Shown: positions 57,678 through 64,000 of the stretch, piece by piece | Layout: every line of letters starts with the position of its first letter | Position numbering within the stretch: position 1 is the stretch's first letter | Source of the DNA: an uncultured Staphylococcus sp. | GTDB lineage: Bacteria; Bacteroidota; Bacteroidia; Bacteroidales; Muribaculaceae | DNA length: 64,000 nucleotides | Direction: 5' to 3' | Assembly: GCA_964477665.1 (NCBI GenBank) | Contig: CAYZFG010000003.1 | Location: forward strand, 16,776-80,775 | Made by a program: the position numbers and the translations under genes | Notes under the pieces: generated by a model | Told to the model about the DNA's origin: nothing | What the model saw: only the letters and a program-made list of their open reading frames with translations | Databases searched by the model: none

Positions 57678-58061
57678 TTATATATTTACGTAACCGGCGT
57701 AAATATATTCGGTGGTAGAGATGCGGATTTCGAGAGTACCTGTGAGGGAGAAAAGGGTGTCGATAAACTCTGCTTCGACGGGTGTGGCGATGATACACAC
57801 CTCATCTTCTGAATATATCTCGTAAAGTTCAATCTCGGCTTTGTCAACGAGCGGAATCGTTACGCCGTTTTCAGGGTCGATAGTGCATTGAAGCGGACGG
57901 GTGGGAACGCGCCGACCTTCATCATCAATAGAAACTTCAGGACCCATGGTGTAATAACGGTAAAACACTACTGCCAAAGGCGCAAACGAGTAAGCCGAGG
58001 AGAGCTGGGGGATGAGTAGTGAGATGAGTGAAATTGTGAAAATAATGATGCTTTTTTTCAT
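57678..58061 (-). CDS. Small secreted DUF3244-like beta protein
   Basis: Signal peptide, GRRVP motif, beta-rich C-half ending GYVNI; sits directly after a TPR-HTH regulator. Confidence 0.55.
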   Translation of the reverse strand: MKKSIIIFTISLISLLIPQLSSAYSFAPLAVVFYRYYTMGPEVSIDDEGRRVPTRPLQCTIDPENGVTIPLVDKAEIELYEIYSEDEVCIIATPVEAEFIDTLFSLTGTLEIRISTTEYIYAGYVNI

Positions 58062-58086
58062 AGTGAATTTTTTATTTTTTACGATG

Positions 58087-58094
58087 CAAAGGTA
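58087..58094 (-). promoter_or_regulatory. -7 promoter element for the small secreted protein gene
   Basis: TACCTTTG on the minus strand 26 nt upstream of ATG 58061. Confidence 0.7.
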
Positions 58095-58125
58095 GATCGA
58101 CGCGGGCTCAAATTGGCCTAAAAAT

Positions 58126-58171
58126 AGTACGGAAAAAGTACGGAAATGAGATTCCGCACTTTTTCCGTACT
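58126..58171. promoter_or_regulatory. Candidate operator: 46-bp palindrome built of 11-bp-period AGTACGGAA repeats
   Basis: agtacggaaaaagtacggaa-atgaga-ttccgcactttttccgtact; arms match 19/20. Confidence 0.65.
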
Positions 58172-58192
58172 AAAGAAATATGTATAATTTAC

Positions 58193-59914
58193 TTATAATA
58201 AGCAAATTATAGTATCAACTACTTTGTTGCTCACTTTTTGTCCAAAGATTCGCGTGCCTATCGATTCGCGGCGTGAAGATATGGTAGTTTTAGAGCGACA
58301 AAGCAAGGTTGACATCTGACTCGGTGTGACACCGCACTTCACAAGAATTGCCGTGTGCAAGTCAAATGATTGTAATTTTCCATTCAAAAGCAATCGCAGG
58401 TTTTCAAGAAAATGGGGGGATGATTGAAGTATCACTTCTTCCAATCTTTTCCAGAGATCGGATTCTTCTTTAATTTGTGTACCTGAATTGACATGCTGCT
58501 GTAACGACTTGTAGGCTTCTGAACCAAGTATTATCGGTGAAATTGTGACAGATCCCGAGTATTGAGCAGATAAGTTGAGTAGCTTTTCACGAAGTTTTAA
58601 GCGCAGGCGCTCAGCTTCAGAGTAGGAGTCATCATATTTCGGGTTATTAGCCTCCACCAGATCTTCAACTGTCTGACCGGGATTCTCGCTTAGCGATAAC
58701 TCAAGTAATCTAATATTTTCAAGAGCTCTCTGTAATTCAATAATAATCTTTTTCTCTCTATTTTTCAGCAATAGGATAATTATACCTAAAATTAGGATTG
58801 TAAAAATGAAATATATAATAATCCTTTGCAGTTTACGATTGGCTTTTTGTGCTTTAGCTTTTTCTTTTTCATGAATACTATAGTTGAAAGAAGACTATTG
58901 TATCAGAGCTTGTTGATTGATATTGTCATTATAATATGATTCCAGAAGTTTAAGATAGTCTGAGTAGTATATATCAATTGAATCTTTATCAATATATGGT
59001 CTTAGTTCAGACGTTAAAAGAATATAGTAACCGGTTTCTTTATTAGTGGGATACTCGCTGTGAATTAGTCGAGATGCGAATATATATGCCGAATCAGGCA
59101 TCCCTGCAGCTCTGTATATTTCTGCGCCATAAGCTAATGCACTGTTAGATGCGAGAGAACTTACTAAATCAGGGGTATCTTTGATGTACATTCGCGCCGA
59201 ATCGATTTGTCCCATGTAGAACTTTGTGGCAGCCTTATACATTAAAGATTTGGCGTGGATTGATTTCTTTAAATTTTTACTTAAGACTAATACGTGAGAA
59301 TATATCGAATCAGCGATCTCATAATGGTGAGCGCGAAGATGAATCGTCCCCAATAGTTGAAGGTCATACGCTTCATTGACCGAATCGTTAAGCAGTCGGT
59401 CTATAGAAATGGATTCTTTGATGAAAGGAATGGCTTCGTTATATAAGCGTAAGTTATCAAGTAACCGTCCATATTGACTGATGATATTGGCGCGGAGGTT
59501 GAGGGTGGAGGGGTCGGAGGGGAGGTGGTCGAGGGCATCCTGATAGTATCGGAGAGCTGTGGGGAAGTCGCCGAGGTCGCTGTAGACGCGACCACCGTAA
59601 TAAAGAGCTTCGGGATAACGGCCGAGCGAGGTGTGGCGGCTTTCGTAGTCAATTACGTGCAGAATGGTGGTGTCGGAGGTGTGGGGGCGATAAGCTTTGT
59701 CGGCGATCTTTACGGAGAGAAATTCGTAGTAGCGGCGGTCAGCTTCGGGTAACTGCGCCGCGACAATCGCGTCCAGAGAATCGAGTGCGGCGAGTGCGGC
59801 TGTCGGCGATTTTTCCGCCATGGCTTCGGCCCTGAACAGGCGCTGATCAGTAGGGCGCGGCGTGCAGGCGGCAAGCAGGGTTAAGAGCGCTATGATGGCG
59901 AAGCGGATATGCAT
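58193..59914 (-). pseudogene. Lipoprotein-TPR-TM-HTH membrane-anchored regulator interrupted by one in-frame TAG (58895-58897)
   Basis: ORFs 58895..59914 and 58193..58771 share a frame; reading through TAG gives 573 aa with a TM helix and C-terminal HTH. Confidence 0.75.
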
Positions 59915-60067
59915 TTACGGTATGAATGAAAAAATCGAGGACAAAATTACGTAAAACTAATGTTAAATGGAGTTAAAGGCGAGTGGGTGGAGATTTTTTG
60001 GGACGAATGATAGGAGAATTGAGAAAAAAATAGTAATTTTGCACCTTGATATGTCCACACATCACTT

Positions 60068-60880
60068 ATGACATCACTTTTACGCAACATATTTCTGGCG
60101 CTCGTGAGCGTGGGTGTGCTTGCCTCATGCGGCGAGTATTACCGCGTGCAGCGCAGTACCGATGCCGAGTATAAGCTCGACTTCGCCCGTCGCGCATTTG
60201 AGAAAAAGAAATATGCTCAGGCTGCCGCCACACTTGAGGAGATTGTCACCTCGTTTAAGGGCTCGGAGAAAGCTGAGGAGACGCTTTACCTCCTGGCTCT
60301 CAGCAATTATGAGAATCAGGATTACGTGACGTCGGGCGAATGGTTTAAGAAGTATTATGACCGCTATCCCCGCGGAAAATATGCCGAGCTCGCCCGCTTC
60401 TATGCAGGCTACGGATACTATCTTGACTCCCCCGAGCCACAGCTCGACCAGTCGGGAACCATACGCGCCATCCAGGAGCTCCAGTCATTCCTTGAATTCT
60501 TTCCCCGCAGCGATAAAGTGTCGATAGCCCAGAATGCTATCTTCGAGCTTCAGGACAAGCTCACCCTCAAGCAGCTTCAGAACGCGCAGCTCTACTATAA
60601 CCTCGGCACCTATCGCGGCAACAACTACGAGAGCGCCGTCATCGTGGCCCGCAACGCCATCAAGGATTATCCTTATTCCAAATATAAGGAAGACCTTGAG
60701 ATGCTGATCCTCAAAGCCCGCTATCAGGAGGCCACCCAGAGCGTGGAGGAGAAAAAAGCCGAGCGCTACCGCGTGGTGGTCGACGAGTACTACTCGTTTA
60801 TCAACAATTACCCCGACGGCCCCAACCGGCAGGAAGCTGAAAACATATTTAACATCGCCTCGAAATACGTCACGGAGTGA
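60068..60880 (+). CDS. bamD: Outer membrane protein assembly factor BamD
   Basis: Lipobox LASC, TPRs, LDQSGT..AIQELQSF..FP; TAATTTTG at 60034-60041. Confidence 0.92.
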   Translation: MTSLLRNIFLALVSVGVLASCGEYYRVQRSTDAEYKLDFARRAFEKKKYAQAAATLEEIVTSFKGSEKAEETLYLLALSNYENQDYVTSGEWFKKYYDRYPRGKYAELARFYAGYGYYLDSPEPQLDQSGTIRAIQELQSFLEFFPRSDKVSIAQNAIFELQDKLTLKQLQNAQLYYNLGTYRGNNYESAVIVARNAIKDYPYSKYKEDLEMLILKARYQEATQSVEEKKAERYRVVVDEYYSFINNYPDGPNRQEAENIFNIASKYVTE

Positions 60881-60944
60881 TGCCCCACGAATCAGAATAA
60901 AACAATAACAATCAACCATATAACGGAAGCCTAAAAACTTACTT

Positions 60945-61277
60945 ATGGACTACAAGAAAACCAACGCCCCGCTCAACACCCAGACCCGCGACCTGATCGC
61001 CATGAGCGCCGACACCGGCAACGTATATGAGACCGTCTGCATCATCGCAAAGCGCGCCAACCAGATAGGCGGCGAGATGAAACATGACCTCGAAAAGAAG
61101 CTCCAGGAATTTGCCTCGCTCAGCGACAATCTCGAAGAGGTATCCGAAAACCGCGAGCAGATCGAAATCTCACGCTTCTACGAGCGCCTGCCCAAGCCCA
61201 CCCTCATCGCCACCCAGGAGTATCTTGAGCACAAAATCCACTTCCGCAACCCCAGCAAGGATAAGTTTACCGACTGA
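60945..61277 (+). CDS. rpoZ: RNA polymerase omega subunit (Bacteroidetes type)
   Basis: MDYKKTNAP, TGNVYE..IIAKRANQI, EQIEISRFYERLPKPTL. Confidence 0.9.
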   Translation: MDYKKTNAPLNTQTRDLIAMSADTGNVYETVCIIAKRANQIGGEMKHDLEKKLQEFASLSDNLEEVSENREQIEISRFYERLPKPTLIATQEYLEHKIHFRNPSKDKFTD

Positions 61278-61375
61278 TTTCTTGCACGGCTCGGAAATTA
61301 TGCCTACCTTTGTGGGCTGAAAAAATTTCGGCACAGATTTTTTATAATAATAACCCCAATTAAAACTTTGAAAGG

Positions 61376-61651
61376 ATGCATTTAAATTCTGACGAAAAAG
61401 TTGAAATCTTCGAGAAGTACGGTAAAGGCAAGACCGATACCGGTTCGCCCGAAGCACAGATCGCACTGTTCTCAATCCGTATCGCTCACCTCACTGAGCA
61501 CCTCCGCAAGAACCACAAAGACTACACTACCGCCCGCGCCCTGAAGGCCCTCGTAGGTAAGCGTCGTCGTCTGCTCGACTATCTTATCCGCAAGGACATC
61601 AACCGCTACCGCGCCATCATCGCCCAGAAGGAGCTCGGTATCCGCAAGTAA
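61376..61651 (+). CDS. rpsO: 30S ribosomal protein S15
   Basis: DTGSPEAQIALF, HLTEHL..NHKD, LVGKRRRLLDYL. Confidence 0.97.
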   Translation: MHLNSDEKVEIFEKYGKGKTDTGSPEAQIALFSIRIAHLTEHLRKNHKDYTTARALKALVGKRRRLLDYLIRKDINRYRAIIAQKELGIRK

Positions 61652-61674
61652 TCCCCGGCGGCAGTCAACCCTAT

Positions 61675-61714
61675 AATCGAGGCGGAAGCACCCCAAGGTG
61701 TTCCCGCCTCGATT
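61675..61714 (+). terminator. Long stem-loop after rpsO
   Basis: aatcgaggcggaagcacc / ggtgttcccgcctcgatt. Confidence 0.7.
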
Positions 61715-61800
61715 GCGTTATGCTGTAGGCATATCAACTCCGGCGGGGAATGGCGAGAAAATTTCCCCATTTCGGAAAAAATTTGTACCTTTGCGGCTCT

Positions 61801-63711
61801 ATGTTAGGACTCAAGCGAATGGACAGGTTCATGCTGCAGAGCTTCTTGCCTCTGTTTGTCATGACGTTTCTGATTTGCCTCTTCATCGTGCTGATGCAGT
61901 TTTTATGGCGCTTCATCGACGATCTTGTGGGCAAAGGGCTTGGTATTGAGGTGATTGGCGAGCTATTTTTCTATGCCGCGCTCACCATGATACCCATGGC
62001 GCTCCCGCTTGCGATATTGCTGGCGTCGCTTATGACGTTTGGCAACCTGGGCGAGCAGTTTGAGCTTACGGCCATGAAGGCTGCGGGCGTGTCGCTGCTA
62101 CGCTCTATGATGCCGCTCACGGTGCTGATGGTGTTCATAGCCATCGGCGCATTCTTTTTTCAAAACAATGTGCTTCCCATTGCGCAAACCAAGATGTGGA
62201 CGCTGCTCTACTCCATGCGTCAGAAGTCGCCCGAGCTGGAGATTCCCGAGGGGGTGTTTTATGACCAGATTCCGGGCTATAATTTCTTCGTGGCCGAGAA
62301 AAATCAGGAGACAGGTATGCTCTACGAGATGATGATTTACGACATCTCCAAGGGGTTTGAAAACAGCTCGATAATCTTGGCTGACTCGGGTAAGCTGGCT
62401 ATTACGCCTGACAAGACGCATCTTTACCTTAAGCTCTGGGACGGTGAGTCGTTTGAGAACCTCAAGGATGCCGGAGCGGGTATGAAAAATGTCCCGTATC
62501 GGCGTGAATCATTTGACGTCAAGGAGATTATGATGAGCTTCGACGCCAATTTCAACCGCATGGACGAGCAGGGTATGCGTAACCAGTATGTGGGTAAGAA
62601 TTACTCGGAGCTCCGTGCCACCATCGACTCGGTGTCGCGCACCATCGACACGCTTTCTCATTCTTACGGCACTTCGCTGCGCAACGAGCGGTTCTTCGGC
62701 CTGTCGCGCACTATGAATGTGGCCACTGACTCCGGCCGACGCGAGGTGGTGCATCCCGACGTGGTAATGGTCACTCCGCTCAACGTCGACTCGATATTCC
62801 GCGGCGCCAACAGCGAGATGACCCGCGCTTATCTCGAACAAGCTCTCAACAAGGCTCGTCGCATGAAGCAGGAATACGAGTACCGCAGTTTCACGCTGCA
62901 AGACGACTGGAATACCGTGCGCCGCCACGGAATCGAGCTTCAGAAGAAATTTACGCTGTCGTTTGCCTGCATCATCTTCTTCTTTATCGGCGCGCCGCTG
63001 GGCGCTATCATCCGCAAGGGCGGACTGGGTATGCCGCTCGTCATCTCGGTATTTCTCTTTATATTCTATTACATTGTCGACAATACGGGCTACAAATTTG
63101 CCCGCGACGGCAAGTGGGAAGTGTGGCAAGGAATATGGCTCAGTTCGGCTGTGCTTCTGCCTCTCGGCATCTTCCTGACCTACAAGGCCGTAAACGACTC
63201 GGCGGTATTCAATGCCGATGCTTACACCAATTTCTTCCGCAAATTCTTCGGCATCAGCGAGGTGCGCAAGCTCGAAATGAAAGAGGTGATTATGGACGAG
63301 GTGGAGAAGCCCGTGGCACTCGACCGCCTCACCGCGCTGCGTGCTGAGCTTGAAGCATTTATATCATCGCAGCAGTTTAAGCCCGGATATATCGCCTACT
63401 GGACCCGCGGCATCGACCTCGGCCGCCTCACCGCCCTGCGCACGCGCATGGAAGAGGATGTGGAATATCTCTCCAACTCCCGCAACCGCAGCGTGATACT
63501 CAAGCTCATGGATATGCCCGTGCTCCGCATCATGGCCCTGCTGCAGCCGGGTCGCCCCCAGTGGGCGGGATGGATCGAGGCATTGATATTCCCGCTGGCT
63601 ATCCCTCTGTGGCTCTACGGCCGCCGCCTCGACAAGGAACTCCACCACGAACTGACGACCTCGCTCAACGTCACCACCCAACTTATCGACATCATTTCAT
63701 CCGATGAATAA
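61801..63711 (+). CDS. LptF/LptG family LPS export permease
   Basis: LFFYAALTMIPMALPLAILLASLMTFGNLGEQFELTAMKAAG; GAPLGAIIRKGG; start at ATG 61801. Confidence 0.9.
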   Translation: MLGLKRMDRFMLQSFLPLFVMTFLICLFIVLMQFLWRFIDDLVGKGLGIEVIGELFFYAALTMIPMALPLAILLASLMTFGNLGEQFELTAMKAAGVSLLRSMMPLTVLMVFIAIGAFFFQNNVLPIAQTKMWTLLYSMRQKSPELEIPEGVFYDQIPGYNFFVAEKNQETGMLYEMMIYDISKGFENSSIILADSGKLAITPDKTHLYLKLWDGESFENLKDAGAGMKNVPYRRESFDVKEIMMSFDANFNRMDEQGMRNQYVGKNYSELRATIDSVSRTIDTLSHSYGTSLRNERFFGLSRTMNVATDSGRREVVHPDVVMVTPLNVDSIFRGANSEMTRAYLEQALNKARRMKQEYEYRSFTLQDDWNTVRRHGIELQKKFTLSFACIIFFFIGAPLGAIIRKGGLGMPLVISVFLFIFYYIVDNTGYKFARDGKWEVWQGIWLSSAVLLPLGIFLTYKAVNDSAVFNADAYTNFFRKFFGISEVRKLEMKEVIMDEVEKPVALDRLTALRAELEAFISSQQFKPGYIAYWTRGIDLGRLTALRTRMEEDVEYLSNSRNRSVILKLMDMPVLRIMALLQPGRPQWAGWIEALIFPLAIPLWLYGRRLDKELHHELTTSLNVTTQLIDIISSDE

Positions 63712-64000
63712 ATACCTTCTCTCGCTCGCAGTAATGCTCGTCGCGGTGCTGGGCCTCGGAGCCAAGAAACCGATGACAGTGGAGCCTTCCTACGCTTGGG
63801 AAGCCACAGCTCCTTTAGGCATAAAGTACCACGCCACCATCGATACGCTGCTCTACGATTATTACCTCACAGCCGTGCCGCAGGACTACTCTCCGGCCGT
63901 AGCTCTGACCGGAAACCTCGGTGGCGCCACTATGAATATGGTGTATATGGATCGCAAGCCCATGAGCGACTTCTTCCCGCAAGATGCTCTGCGCCACTGG
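63704..64000 (+). CDS. Putative outer-membrane porin, N-terminal part (runs off the window)
   Basis: Open frame MNKYLLSLAVML...IDTLLYDYY...TGNLGG...FFPQDAL; signal peptide; 8-bp overlap with the upstream gene. Confidence 0.6.
   Translation, partial: MNKYLLSLAVMLVAVLGLGAKKPMTVEPSYAWEATAPLGIKYHATIDTLLYDYYLTAVPQDYSPAVALTGNLGGATMNMVYMDRKPMSDFFPQDALRHW

Noticed and set aside
58895-58897. Genome-wide TAG-to-Gln recoding
   Set aside because: dapF ends at TAG (36434-36436) at its expected length, so TAG acts as a stop in this host.

Overview
High-GC chromosomal segment from a Bacteroidales bacterium, most consistent with Muribaculaceae. This is inferred from TAnnTTTG promoters, T9SS C-terminal domains (CTDs), and Bacteroidetes-type RpoZ, GlnA-III and HECLGH DPP III. 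The backbone is housekeeping (glmS, parE-coaD-S41, nrnA-glmM-dxr-rseP-rlmI, dapF-dapL-glnA, ptb-buk, a TolC/HlyD/ABC exporter, bamD-rpoZ-rpsO-LptF/G) plus dispersed pectin-use genes (kdgK, eda, rhaM, esterase, DUF4861-like, PL1, PL11, sugar MFS). Three AT-rich inserts interrupt it. (1) 8.9-12.5 kb: paralog / S8 protease / paralog cassette bounded by a 16-bp direct repeat. (2) 31.5-35.5 kb: DpnII-type GATC restriction-modification island bounded by a 21-bp direct repeat, with GTAG-type REP-like palindromes. (3) 53.3-59.5 kb: a lipo-TPR-TM-HTH regulator split by one in-frame TAG, a 46-bp iterated palindrome beside the promoter of a small secreted protein, a Gly-zipper surface lipoprotein and two beta-barrels. 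Insert 3 is the best candidate for an undescribed system. No tRNA, rRNA, CRISPR array, integrase, transposase or reverse transcriptase was seen. Family assignments come from recognising motifs by eye, not from database searches.
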